Source: Hypanus sabinus
Taxonomy: Eukaryota
Length of the DNA stretch: 64,000 nt
Direction: 5' to 3'
Assembly: GCF_030144855.1 (NCBI RefSeq)
Contig: NC_082731.1
Coordinates: forward strand, 22,010,001-22,074,000
This document shows, one piece after another, positions 38,431-52,015 of this stretch. The notes beneath the pieces were generated by a model. It did no database searches. It saw nothing but the letters and a program-made list of their open reading frames with translations, and had not been told where the DNA came from. Position numbers and translations under genes: made by a program. Each line of letters starts with the position of its first letter. The stretch's first letter is position 1.

Positions 38431-38959
38431 TCCGACCCTTTCTGTTTAAGTAAAGTACGTGTAAGCATGTGACAGAGTATTTTCTGCGCTGTTTATCTCC
38501 GATAATCTGTTGTATTTTTTCTGTCGGGTTACTTTGGAGTTCAAATACTTTGAGGCAACTTAGGCTATCGTCATCTTCTCCCAGCCAAATACGTCCAATC
38601 TCGTCAACATCCAGCTGAATCCCGTTAAACAAAAAATACATCAGATCTCCGAAATCATGAACAGTTCATTCTACCTTTCACTGCAAATTCGGAAATGAAC
38701 GATTTATTAAAACAAGGAGTCGTGGTAGCACTTATGGTACCATAAAATCCGATTTTTGTATTAAATACAGATTTAGATTTAATTCAACCAGTATTTGACA
38801 TTACTAAATCTGTTTACTGCTACAAGAAGGTTTTTGAATTATAGACCAATTTTAACTCATCTAATTTTGTCATCCTTTCCTTCTTCTCACATAATTGGAA
38901 GTTAGGAAATTCCTTTGAGTTCATTCGATCTCATTGTTACAAGAATGCACTGAATAAGA

Positions 38960-39490
38960 CGTTAGTTAGTCCCCAGTTGGAGTTCTGTCTTCAGTGCTGA
39001 TCAGGTCATTACAGGAGCGATGAGGAATCTATAGCGAGAACGCAGAGGATATGTACAATCATGTTGTCTGTATTGCAGACCATTTCTTATGAGAATTATT
39101 TGAGTAAACGTGACCTTTTCAGCGACGGAGAATGAGAGATAACCTGATAGAGGTGTATAAGATGATGAGAGGCATTGATCTGATAGAGAACCACAGGCCT
39201 TGATCCTTGTGCGGATATGGATAACGCGAGGGGGCATTGGTTTAAGGTGCAGGGAACTTCAGAGCGAAGAATGTCACACAGAGAGTGGTGTGTGCGTGGA
39301 CAACCTGCCAGCGTTGTTGGTAGAGACATATAAATAAGGTTTTTTAAGAAGTTCTCAGAAGATGGAGCATTTAAAAAAAAAGAGGACAAGGTGGTAAGGA
39401 AATACTACGTTACATGTAGCTTACATGGTTGGCTCCGCATTGTGGTCGAAGGCCCTATAATGTACTGTAGTTATTCTTTGTTTCTGTTTC
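38960..39490 (+). mobile_element. CR1 3' fragment with tail
   Basis: CCCCAGTTGGAGTTCTGT...AACCTGATAGAGGTGTATAAGATGATGAGAGGCATTGAT...GGTCGAAGGCCC...TGTTTCTGTTTCT. Confidence 0.75.
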
Positions 39491-41200
39491 TCTAGTTTCT
39501 AGTTATCAAAATCAGCTTTAATAACCTCCATTCTCGTCTTTTCCGCAATCACGGCAGCAGCTGTCATCATGACAAAAAAAAAAAAAGAAAAAGAAACGCT
39601 GACTGAGAAATGATGTCACGTGAAGGAGTGGTATAAGACGTTCCACACAATGCTTCGTGTTTTCGTCATCCAAACTGCAAACAAAATGACAGTTGATGCA
39701 CAATTATCTATTCCGCCTCGATAACCGTACGGTGTTAAGAAATGACACACAGGGGGTCAAAAGCAACAATATCTCTATAAACTCAGTGCAGTCAGTATAA
39801 GTTAACGTCAAAGTCAAAAATGCAAGTTGTGATTAGCACATGAGAAAAGTTCTTTTTCAACCAATGTTCAAAAAATAATTGCAATCCAAAATTATTATTC
39901 ACGAACAATATATCGGTACAACAGTCACAGTTGACGCTCCGCTCTGCACAGAGAGCCGTGGAATTTGATCGTGGTCTCCCACAAAGTTTCCACCATTGAT
40001 CGGTTGGCATGCATCATGATGCTATTACAGGGAAAACATATATATGCTTGACTCTCTTTCCCAACACATTTCCGTTTCGCTGTATTACCGATTTTCATTG
40101 TTTGCTATATTCACTGAATACTTCAGCCGAGCTGTTAAACTCTGACATACACTCATCCGACCTACAAAATTATGTAGCTGATATCTTGAAAGAGAAATGA
40201 AACCACTGAAAAAATACGTAGTAATGAAGGTTCTCGAGGAAGTGAAGCAACAGCACCAGAGGCAACGATGCAATAAAGTGGGGAGTGTGTCAGAGCAAAA
40301 ATGAGGGACGGAATCTGAATTAGCAGAATTGGCCAATGGGAATTAAACAATAAATCCTTTGAGATATCTCTACCTTGAATTCAAGTATTGTTGAAACTTG
40401 TCCGACGGTTGATGAATAATATTGAAATGCTGAAAAAACCGGTGGCATTTTGTCTGGGATGTGCAGTACGTGGGTACTTACAAGATGGAACAGAATTTAC
40501 TTCTGCTCCTTTTTGGCTGCCTCTAAAATATTGAACACTCACTTTCTGCATTCCATGTTCTTGCATTGGAGAACCCTCCGGGAAATATCAGCAGGAACTA
40601 AGATATTATCGTCGTCACTGACTTGACAATATTCCTTGATGACATATTGAATTGGCAGAAGCAATTCCATGACTCCTTAGTGAACCGGCAAGCACGAAGA
40701 TCAATGCTGAAACTTGTCAAGTATAACTAACACAATTACTTCAATAGAAATCTTTAGAAGGAATAGCTTTGAGAAATTAACTGAGGAAGATGTAATGTTC
40801 CCTCGGTATATCGGCAAAAAGAATTTTCGGGAAAAAGTGGCACGTGAGCGAAGAAGTAATAAATGGTGAAAATGATACAAAATCAGAAAGGGACCGGGGC
40901 ATCTGCAGGAAATCTATAAGAACAGCCATTACGTTAGATCTTACATTTTGTGCATAATTAACCTTTTAGTATACTTAAACTCATTACGCTCTGAATGCAT
41001 AGGCAGCTGGCAGCAGCCCGGAAGGATTTTCCACCCTGAGCTAGTCATTCAGGACAGCCATTCTCCTGGTATCCGTGGTCCTCTTGGAGCTCAGCTTAAC
41101 TCTCGTTTTTCATCTGGCCTCTGCAGTTCTAGTCTCATGCCTACCGCATCGGACCTTCAATGGCCAAATTGTTTCCTTCCCTCTATCGCTATCCCTCTTT

Positions 41201-41769
41201 TGTGAAACGCTTACGCAATAGGCTGGTATATGCCTCGGAGAAAAGGAGATCCAGCCACTCACCAACCCTACCTCCCGTACACGCAGGTGCTGTGACAATT
41301 AAGTTTATGCCGCGCGCACACGCACCATATCAAACTAACAACAGATACCGTTATCGAATACACTATCTAAAACAATACATATGAAGGAAAAGAAAATAAA
41401 GTAAAAGGCGCCCTTATCAAAGTTAAAAAGTTTAGTGCACATCGTTGGAGCTCAAACATCGAACCATTCGACCCCTAGTCACTTTCCTCTGACCTCCACT
41501 TCCTTGCACCTGGGACCACCCTGGTCGTCGACCGAGCAGTGCAGAGCACATCCACCTTCCTCGGCGTCTTCTTCCCGTCTCGCCTGAAAATACCGTGAAA
41601 ACCCCCAAGATTCCAACCTCACAAGACAAAATCACATTCCCCATTGGTTGGCAATGAATATAATACCGATATCAGCATGTCTAAAGTTAAACAACTGCGA
41701 GAGAAAGCACTTATCATACAAAGAAGCATTCATACTCTTAACGAAACAAAGAAGCCATTTTGATCTACA
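41201..41769 (-). mobile_element. LTR-like element (copy B paralog of 20804-21408)
   Basis: Collinear with the copy A element; TG...CA ends. Confidence 0.4.
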
Positions 41770-42737
41770 TACACTGTACATTGTATATTTGGTACGCACA
41801 TCTTATTTTTTCTTCTCACTTAATGTTGGTTTTGATGTATTGGCCGTTACTTGGTCAGACAATGATAGGAGACTGCACTTGACTGATGGGGAATATACCT
41901 AAATTATTTAGTGGATTGCGAAATACGTTCAGCTGAGTACCGGAAATGGGGTCAGAAAACCACAGTCGTGCACATAGCAATATTGTCAGATATGTGACAC
42001 CTGTAGTAATAATTGACATAAACTGTGTAAATTTCATGGCCGCCTAACTTGCAAAGTATAATCTTCAGCTGAGTTTCATGTCACCATCAAAATCAACATA
42101 TCTTCCTACTTTTAACGGCCAGTGGATTCCAAATGCTATCAATAGTGTGCAAGAGAGGTTCCACAGATTCTGAAAATGCAAGCAAGATGTTATGTCATAA
42201 TGGTGAAGTTGAGGTCTGTGCCTATATATTTCGTTGTCTATCCAATACTTCTTGAACAGGCTACAAAGCACAACTCCATTGCTTGTACCATAGCTGCGAG
42301 CAGATCCACGAAATAACTGATATATTTTCTCATTCTAGACATTCAGAGATAATACTCTACTGCAGAAGGTGCTTCAGTCGTCCAGAACTCCACGAAGTAT
42401 CTCAGTGATTCCCTAATCCAGGCTTGTGGAAAACCATACCATTGTAGTTCATTACATAGTTGGAATTATATTGATTTCACTAACGCTCTTCCGAGTTCAT
42501 TCCAGCAAGTTTGAACTTTGAATAAATATTCATTGCTCCGATTCTGGTAGACAAAATCGTCCTTCAGTTTTTGATGAAACTTGCAAGGAACAGTATTTTT
42601 CATTTGAAGACACTGCTTTGCAGAACGCACCATTTATAGAACAAAGAATGCTAGTTTATTTAAGAGTTTCTCTTTTATGTTAACTGCTAAGGCTAATAAA
42701 ATGGGTTTTCTGTAGTTTTAAAACAAAATGTCTTCTG

Positions 42738-43125
42738 TGTAATGTTAACTGCTGAGGTATTGGGTTTTCTGTATCAGCATGTTTGGATTATCGGTAATGA
42801 TAACGGGATTTTGCTATTCAATGCTAAACAATGGAAGACATTCTATTCTTTTTTGTCCATGTGGAATCTGTCAGTTTTCGCGGGCTTTGAGGAGAAGGCG
42901 TGAGGAGGATACAGAGAGATTACGCATCTTGAGGAGTCGTTGGGTTGCGGAACACTCTGGGCTCTGGATGGAACCAAAGGTCGCCGAAGATCGAAGTAGG
43001 ATCAGCGAAGGAAAATCCGTGAGCTCGAACAATTTGTGCACTGGACTGTTTAGTAAGATTATTGGCCTCCTTTATTTAATATTTTATTTATCTATTGGTC
43101 TCATAGTCAAAGTAGGATTTATAAA
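42738..43125 (+). mobile_element. Solo LTR-like element truncated by the copy-B deletion
   Basis: Paralog of 22377-22840; similarity stops at TTATAAAA (about 43125). Confidence 0.5.
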
Positions 43126-43129
43126 ACCA

Positions 43130-44480
43130 TACCGACCCCTCAACCATCTGTAAACTTGGAAGCAAACAAATCTATTCCATCACACAAATCATTGATATAC
43201 AGCATAAAAAACAGCCAATCCTCTAACTACGCCTGTTATCTTCCTGTTATATAGCGGGGTCTAAACCTGGCAAGCATCCATACTTGTGTCACCTTGTCGA
43301 ATGACTTGTGGAAGTACAAAAAAATACAATGTCCTGTGCATCCTGTTTATCAATTATAAGTATAAGCTCCTCACAGAATTCCACCAAGCTCCACAGTCAG
43401 GACTTTTCCTTAATATAGCATGCTTTCTTTTCCTATTTTGTACTCCGTCTTCTAGTAATCCTCATCATTATAAAAAATCTTTCCAACGATTAGTTTTTGG
43501 CTAAATGAACTATAACGTCCTTTCCTCAGACTTTTCCTTTCTTAACATGTGGAGTGACATTTGCAATTGTCCAGTAAGCATAGAAAAATAGAAAATAGGT
43601 GCAGGAGTAGACCATTTGGCCCTTCGAGCCTGCACCGCCATTCAGTATGATCATGGCAGATCATCCAACTCAGAACCCTATACCTGCTTTCGGTCCATAC
43701 CCGCTGATCGCTTTAGCCACAAGGGCCATATCTAACTTCCTCTTAAATATAGACAATGAACCGGCCTCAACTGTTTCTTGTGGCAGAGAATTCCGCAGTA
43801 CTCTGAAACCATGCCAGCGTCCAATATTTTTTGAAATATCATTACAAATGCCTCCGCAATCTCTACCACTACCTCTGTTAGAATCCTAGGACGCAGCTCA
43901 TCTGGCCCAGGTGACTTAACTACCCTTATGTCTTTCAACTTTTTGAGCACCATCTTCCTTATAAGAGTAACTGTGCTCACTCCGTTTGCTTACATCCTTC
44001 AGCAGCTGCTATTGTCTTCCACGGTTGTAACTGGTGCAACATGCTAATATAATTCTCGGCCATCACTTTGGACGCGTTATTATCTTCCCGGTCGCATTTT
44101 CCAGCGGTCCTATATTCACACTCACCACGGTTCTATATTTTATATCGTTTCCGACTTTAACAATCCATGTTCATAGTGTCTGCAAGCTAGATTTCATATT
44201 TCATCTTTTCGCTTCTAACTATTTTCGTTGCTCTCTATAGTGATATAAAGATGTCCTTATCATCTATCTTCCCGCTAATATTTATTTTGCTTTATGCCAT
44301 TCGCATTGTTTCTACATTAGTTTTGACTTCAGATGACACGCAATCTCCCGAGACTGTTGCTCCCAGCTAGCATCTTCTTACAACTAGCTTTGGTAACTCC
44401 TCTCTTATAGTAATGCAACTTCCTTTACTCCACTGAAATGTTGCCACGTCAAGCTTTCACATCAAGGCCAAAAAGCTAAA
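43130..44480 (-). mobile_element. Degenerate CR1 ORF2 remnant (copy B)
   Basis: Reverse ORF VVKSPGPDELRPRILTEVVVEIAEAFVMIFQKILDAGMV is a classic CR1 RT N-terminus. Confidence 0.75.
43577..43795 (-). mobile_element. 219-bp CR1 3'-end insertion specific to copy B
   Basis: CATAGAAAAATAGAAAATAGGTGCAGGAGTAGACCATTTGGCCC...; CAGTA duplicated at 43572-43576 and 43796-43800. Copy A has the empty site (TTCCAGTACTCTG at about 25760). Confidence 0.85.
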
Positions 44481-46298
44481 GATAGGGCATATAATAGATG
44501 AATGATATTAAGTGCGGACATAAGAAATAAAAGGAGAATCTACTGGGCAGAATGTCCTAGGAAAATTCTGAGCTCAAGTTTCTCTCATTGAATATCAATA
44601 ATAAGATGCCAATGCCCCCTCAAAGTGAGAAACCAATCATTTCGGAATGAGAGAAGGAAACAAACTCACTGAGAGATCTCTGAATGTAGAATATGTTCTG
44701 CGTTGGCTTCAATGTTTACCTAACATATGATTCCATAATGAGAATATCAAGAATTCTTAAGTATCATATAGTCAAACAGTATTATGGCAAATAAATCACT
44801 ATCAGCTTCACTCTTTTCATCGACCCTGCTCATTTTCGGCGTTCAATACTGTGATAACATCATTTTTAATTTTCCAATTTGTGCTCTTGAAACAACAGCA
44901 TTTGTTTCTATAGCCCTCTCTGACAGCATGTCTGAAATATCAATCACAATCTGATTATGTTAATAAGAGCTAAATTCCAGTTCGCTTTGGAATATTCATC
45001 CTGTCATCTTAAACACCAGCCCTAAAACGTTTTAGAATTTGCACGCATGCGACACTCCTTATTTCACTGATTTATTAAAATATATTCGGCCTTTACTCCG
45101 TAGTTCCTGCTTCTTCAAATGAAAACATCCTAACACATCGATTGTGGCCAGTTTGTTAAAATATCATAATCAAAGGAACATTGCAGGCAAACCAATTTTT
45201 CGAAAAAAAAAACAAGGACGGGGAGGAAAAATGCCGATTCATGTTCTATGCCTTTGGATTCTATGTTGACGAAGACTTAAATTCTAAAGAAGATCATAAA
45301 AAGTGTCTGATGGAACAATCTGCGTGGTATATCACCATTGGAATGTAATAGAGTATTCACCTAGTATGTTCCAAGACTTGCTTCCGATCATGTCTAATAT
45401 CCGCAGCGTGTTTAAGTTGAAAATACGTAAATGTTCAATTCGATTGCGATGCGCACACACTCATGAAATTGGACATATCAGTCCTAGTTTATGATTTAGT
45501 TAAAGACAATTTATTTCACAACCGAAGCGCAAGCATGGGCTATCGATCTGCAGCTCTCATTAAAATCTAAATAAAGCATTAGATATTCTCGTTTTATCCT
45601 ACTCACAACTTTTTTTTTACATTTTATTTTTCCTTTTTTCTTCTCATTACTTGTATATACTTGATTGAACCCGATACGTTCTTCAATAATTAATTATTAT
45701 ATCTTTCATTCCAAGACTGCCCTAAATTAAAAACAAACACGAAATACAGAATGAGTGTAATATTAAAACTGATTTTAATTCTGATTTTACTTTTCTATGC
45801 TACATCGTATTTGAGTCATTCTCGAAAGAAAATGACTCTGCAATCAGCGCTCATCATGAATTCGCTTCAATAACCCCTTACTGAATATGTATATTATAAA
45901 CTGTGTAATATAATCCCTTATCTAACACCTGTGGTTTACGTTCAATTGCATATATTGTGGGGATATGAAATACACTTGAATGTTTCTTCAAAAAGAAAAG
46001 GATGTGGAAACCCATGCGAGTCAAAATAAACTGGCTTAACGACTTCAGGTAAGATAACCATTCGCAAATATCATGCACAGTCCAGCTGGGCTCATACATT
46101 TACTAAATGGATTCCAATTCATGCGGCAAAATAGCACAAATAATCCGAGAGCAACTTCCTTGTGATATTGTTGATGATAATATTACCGTTTTTTTTTAAA
46201 GCAATACAACACTCTTTCGAATTCGCGGTAATTAAGGTCAATATCAGAACATACCCGATAATAAGAAGATATAATATTATAATATTATACATAATAGG

Positions 46299-46400
46299 AG
46301 TCCTGACGCAGGTTCTCGGCCCGAAACACCGACGGTGCTTCTCCTTATAGATGCTGCCTAGCCTTCTGTGTTCGGCCAACATTTTGTTTGTGGTAATACT
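46299..46400 (+). mobile_element. Penelope-like 3' tail within a copy-B-specific segment
   Basis: AGTCCTGACGCAGGTTCTCGGCCCGAAACACCGAC...ATAGATGCTGCCTAGCC. Confidence 0.65.
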
Positions 46401-47294
46401 ATGCATAATATGTCTTTTAAGTCAAGAGGAACACTACATAAAATATAATAGTATATATTTTTCGGATTTCGATTGTTCATGTCACTGACACTTTGGCATT
46501 AACCTAGATTTTTTTCATGAAAATATTACGGTTTTCCCTTTGCCAATTTCCCATTAAATTCACCACAGTATTTTTGGTAGTCGTCACACACAGGGTTTGT
46601 ATGACGTTATGAGAGGTGTTAATATTATTTCCTGAAACAAGGGATATCAGCTGTGCCATTGTGAGCAAATCAAACGTAACGCTCGCTTTGCGAGCCACAT
46701 CTTCCTCGATAGCTCAGAGCTACTAACAAGAGTGAGAGGTAAAGTAAAATTTTATTTCGCTTTGTAAAAGAGCAGCCATTTATTTGTTAATTGAGATCGT
46801 TGTGAACATTCCAGCGGAGTTAGACTGCATTTACATAGTAAACCATACGAGGGCGCTGAGACGTAGCTTTAAAAAAAATTGAAAGTAAAAAAAAAACAAT
46901 ACAACAATATATTTTCACGTGAAAAACTGCAGTTAATTGTGATATATTGACACAATAATGTACTGGTGAATAATCAACATTTCACTCCAGAATCCGTATC
47001 CAACTCAAAGCAAGGGAAAAATGCTCTTCAAAATAGTGAGAAAAGTAAGAAACAACGGAAGGTTGTCGTTTCTGTAGTCGTATGAAAAACTATACAAGTG
47101 ATTTTGGTGGCTGTATGTGTAGAAGAACGAATTGAAAATGAATACGGTGAAGGCGACTCAATCTAATAGATAATTATGTGTCAGTCTATGCCTCAGGAAA
47201 CGTAGTGAAATTTGGAAATTTGTTAGGTCAGCCAAGGACCTGCAGACGCTCAGAAAGCGGCGATTACACTCAGTAGCCACTAGAGAACTAAACT

Positions 47295-47333
47295 AGTTAT
47301 TGTACAGATTCAAACTGGTTCTATACCCCTGTG
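47295..47333 (-). other. 23-spacer RSS of V3: CACAGGG / 23 nt / ACAATAACT
   Basis: Heptamer 47333-47327, spacer 23 nt, nonamer 47303-47295. Confidence 0.92.
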
Positions 47334-48155
47334 GGGCTCAGAGCACAGTAATACGTGGCAGTGTCTCCTAGATGTGCTTCGGATACTGTGAGTGGGACCG
47401 TTCTGTTCGACTCATTCAGCTGCGCAGTGAACCGTTTTTCGGGAACATTATCTCGGTAGCCGTCAAATTTCGTACGGAGCAACAGAAACTCCAGATAACC
47501 TCCGGGATACTGACGGTACCATAATAATCCAGGGTTGTCCGTCCTTGTAGCTGTATAGTTACAGTTTAACACTGCAGCTTCTCCTTCCGCGACGGTGGTG
47601 ACACCAAGTGACTGATAAACAGCGTCGCCTCGGCAATGTCCTGTTATAGTCCAAAAAGAATTTGAAAATTTCAGTCAAAGATTATCAGTATTCTGCTCTC
47701 ATAACTCTGAAGCAAACCCCGGGTCCTTAGCACTTTCTGGAGCAGAGCGGTGGAGTGAGTTTGAGTTAAAACTCTCGTCTAACATTAACAGGGGTGGCAG
47801 AAATGGCTGAATTAAATTATCCTTTTGAGAAAACTTCCAATCGCTTCCATCAACGAGTTCTCGTACGAATTACATCTCAGGAGGAAAAGAAAGACAATGC
47901 TTCCGCGCCAAGGACTGAGGCTGGTTCGCCAGTCCTGTATAATACCATCAAACTTTCTATTGTCCTTTGCATGAGAATTGGATCTATGTTACTTTCGTAC
48001 CCCGAAATCCTTTCATGTCATGATCAATGTTGCGACAATGATATTCAGTGATATATTATCCTATTCAGAATTGTGTGAACCACGGTTTTCAAAATATCAA
48101 GAAACTTACCGATCAGAAGCGCTGCAGCAATAAGAAAGAAATATAGGACTCGCAT
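47334..48155 (-). CDS. TRAV: TCR alpha/delta V segment V3, apparently functional paralog of V2 (leader 48155-48110, intron 469 nt, V exon 47640-47334)
   Basis: MRVLYFFLIAAALLIGHCRGDAVYQSLGVTTVAEGEAAVLNCNYTATRTDNPGLLWYRQYPGGYLEFLLLRTKFDGYRDNVPEKRFTAQLNESNRTVPLTVSEAHLGDTATYYCALS. Canonical splice sites, Cys/Trp/Cys present, 23-RSS. Confidence 0.95.
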
Positions 48156-49407
48156 GTCTGTGATAGGTTCACTATAGCTTTATACAGGAACAATCTTCTT
48201 CTCAAACAAAGTTTATTCTGTGGTTCGAAAGGAGTGCGGAAACATTTCTTAAGAGGCCGTTGACCTTATCCACATAACTTGCAGCTTTTTCTTTCCTTCA
48301 GGAAGTCCCAATCAACTCCTTTTCTGAATTCTTCCAATCCTCTAATAGTTCTTTGTTCTTCAACACAACCAATCAACTGTAAGTTCGCCGATTTGGCGAG
48401 TCTGCACTCATTTTACTTCCTCTGAGCAAATGATTAAGTGGCATATAAGATTCAAAGCAAAGACAGTAGGATCAGAAGTTACTTTATATTACTCGCACTG
48501 AATAACGGAGTTAAATTTATTTCTCTTTTTTAAAAGTCCAAAGCTAGGAGTCTGGTAGCGGCTCGAGGAAGGAAACCCGCCATTGAAGACTACGTTGAAG
48601 AAACAAACTGCATGAACAGAGTTCTAAAATTCCAGTCCATTCCAAGTCTCTCAGCGTGGTTCAAGTTTTCATTGTACAAAATGATCTTGGCTAAATTTCA
48701 TAGTGTCAAATACTCCAAGCAAACTACGGCAAAGAAAGGGTATCTGCAGTCCCCTATTATCAGACAAGATAACGTAAGATTTTCCATCCCAGCTGCATCT
48801 TCCAGTAGTCTGTATAATTCCTCTCTCCTTTGCTATGAAAGCTGCCTTAACTACAGTAGCTGTGCAGTTTTATATTATCGTCTCGGACAGCGATGCAATG
48901 GTATCAACTATGTTCTTCGCAAATAGGGGGCACAAACATTACGGTGCATTTCTCCTTTTAACTTGCTTTCTCGGAACTAAGACGACGCCCTCTTCAGCTT
49001 CCGTCGAGGAAGTGCACGCAGAGTAAATGAATTTTATACATTTATATTGTGTTTTATTATCAGACATTCTCCGTTTGTTTGTTCTTCACTTCCAGTCCCT
49101 TCAAACAAGCAGATGCAATCGTCATATTTTATCGAAATCCTCTGCTTCTAATAGAGACAACCGCCTTCTGAACCCACGATTGCACTGACATGTCAGAACC
49201 CAGCAAAGATGGCCTCTTCCTGCCACAAATTTACCACGGTTGGAAATATCGGTAGGATTTAAATTCAGCGTGGCTGTAACGCTCATTATAATTGTGTTAT
49301 TTAGACTTTTTGCAGACGAAACATGGATATTTGAAATGCACATTTTACTTTATTATGTGAGTTCGAATGGTGTCAATGTACGTTTGTCATTGTGTTGCCG
49401 TAGTTTC

Positions 49408-49787
49408 GACGTCTGAAATTTCCGTTGATTCTTCGCTACGCCATTCTAACAAAATTAAATGCTAGAAATGATCGTAATCATCATGCAGACTCTGATACTC
49501 GCACATTGATTAAGCTCGGTATTAGAAGTGACGTCGTACTGAGAGGAGATATGATAAGGACAACAGACATATCACAATTCTTCAGGTTGTTTCATGAGTT
49601 CGTAATTCTAATGTCATTCAAACGGCCCGTCGAGGCATAAATGCCTATTCCATCCATTAATTCCATGTAGTGTCAAGAAACGACAAAGACTGAAAAAAAT
49701 TGAACGCAGTGCAATGAAGCTCAGTCGAAATGTAACGGGACCTTTCGTATAAATGGGTGAGAGATAAAGCTAAGAAGAATGACGTCT
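49408..49787. promoter_or_regulatory. Candidate regulatory cluster upstream of V3 (paralog of 30639-31018)
   Basis: GACGTC at 49408, 49530 and 49781; AGATAA at 49762. Confidence 0.4.
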
Positions 49788-50109
49788 GATCAGAGTGGTA
49801 TATTCAATAACATAATCCTGATCGATTCCATTTAGAAAGCCAAGTAGAACTGTAAAATTAATTTGCTGTTTTTTTTTTTAGTACTATACCGAACAATGCT
49901 GAACAATGAACTAAAACCGTATCGGAATTTTACCCATCAGCACGCCAACACAACTTTCGAACATTCTCCCTCAGCACTGCAAAGGTAGCTGAAGAAATCT
50001 CGTCGTACCGTCGAGAGTGTTTCCTCGTTACAATGATCGCATGAATCGGTATACTCCCATGCGTAAAACCTTCATCTCATTGGTCGACTCAACAAACTTC
50101 AGCTGAACA

Positions 50110-52015
50110 CGAAAATGGCGGCGGCCTTCGCTCTAGGGATAATTCACACAGTTCATTGGAGTATTGAGCAGACGTAACAGAAGCTTTTCTGAACAGGGCG
50201 GACAAATAAGATTTAAAACAACAGATTCTTTTTTTTCTACGGGTGTCTTTGATTGGAATATTCCACTGATCCAATGGGAACATTCCTGCGTAGGTTCGGC
50301 AAATATTATCAACGGGGAAACAATGGTCTATAAAGGACATTTATCTGTCTAGTCTGACACAGAATAATAAGCCTTTGGCTCAACAAAGCCTCTTCCAGTT
50401 CAGGCATGGGTTATTTAAATTTATTCCTTACTTTCCACTCATCTGTTGAGAAAATGGCGGGTCACAGTCACTGTTCCGTTCTGGGTGACATATGTCGGAA
50501 TTTTCAGGACAACTTCTTCGGGGCTCTGATGGCCACTTATGAGCATTTGCATCAAAATGCAGATAATTAGAGACCGTATTATGGTAGCGGAATTGTAGTT
50601 TGATGTCCTTCGGCTTATTAGTGAAAGTGAAAGCTTATAAACCAGAACAACAGGGAGGTAGTCACACTAATTATACAGGAGACAGATAACTGTGTAACTG
50701 CCAGGAGAGGGATGATGGAAAATCAGATAGTGGTGTGCATACAAGTGGGCGTCCCCCTCAACAATAAGTAATCCATTTTGGGAGAGCGACCGAAATGGAG
50801 CAAGCAACAGCTGCCGTGCCTCTGGCTCTGACCTTGGCTCTGTGGCACAGAAGGATATGTAGATGAAGAAGATAGCAGCAGTAACGGAAGGCATGATATT
50901 CAGGCCGAAAATAGACGAATTCATGGACACTAAAAGAATAATCTGATGGTAGCTTGCTTCACGGGTGCTAGCTGCATACATGCCTTTTGACAAGTCCAGA
51001 AAATCGTGAAAACGGAAGCTGAGCAGACAGACGTCGGGGTACAAATTGGTATCAAAGACATAGGAAAAACAGGGAGACGTCCTGAAAGAAGAAAACAGAG
51101 TGTTAGGAAGGAAGCTGAGTAGCCGGAACTCGTTATCTTAAATTTAATATATAATATAATCTTAAATTTGCGGCCTGTGCTATGCGACAGCGCGACTAAG
51201 AATAGAATGAGGTGGCAGAAAAACCTGGTGGTGAGGATTGAAGTAGAACTCAAGGATTCAGACCTCGATAATTGCGACATTTTCTGGGGCAGGTAGGAGT
51301 CGCATAGAAGGAACCAGTTGCACGTAAATATTAGGGGAGCAAAATTCTTGCTGGTAGATTTTCTCGTGCTGTTGGGAGTGTTTTAACCTAATATAGCAGG
51401 TCGATGGGAAACAGGTTGATAGAGACAAGGATGAGCCAAAGGCTTACAAGCAGATGATGAGCGTAATATGATTGTAAGGAAAGGCAATACAAAGGTCGGG
51501 TATGAATGCAGGGACAGCAAAATGATAATGTGTACCACAGAGGCAACATTCAAAAGGGCCAAAGATACAGGACTGAAGGCTTTGAATTTCAATGCACGTA
51601 GCCTTCTGAATATGCTGGATGAATTTGTGCTGTATTTAAAGTGTCGTCGGTATAACAGTGTTGGCGTCGCTGAGTTGTGGCTGAGAGAATGCCAAAGTTT
51701 GCAGATGAACATCAAAGGATATACTAAGTGTCGGAAGGACATTGATGGTAGTGTGGCTCTGTTGGTAAAGAGGGAATTACATCTTTGGAAACGGGTGAAT
51801 GTGGTCGGAAAATGTTGAATCCTTGTGGGTGGTTAAGAAGTTGCAAGCTGTAAGAGAAAAAAAATACTTGTGGAAATTATATAAAGGCCTCCGAATAGGA
51901 GCTCAGATGTGGGTTAATATTACAAAAGGAGCTGGAAAAGGCATGTAATATAGGCAATGATACAATCATATTAAGGGATTTAAACGTGTAAGGTGATTGG
52001 GAAAAACAGGTTGCT
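50110..52015 (+). mobile_element. Degenerate CR1 5' portion (copy B)
   Basis: Paralog of 31340-33235; LNFNARS..., GYTKCRKD. Confidence 0.7.
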
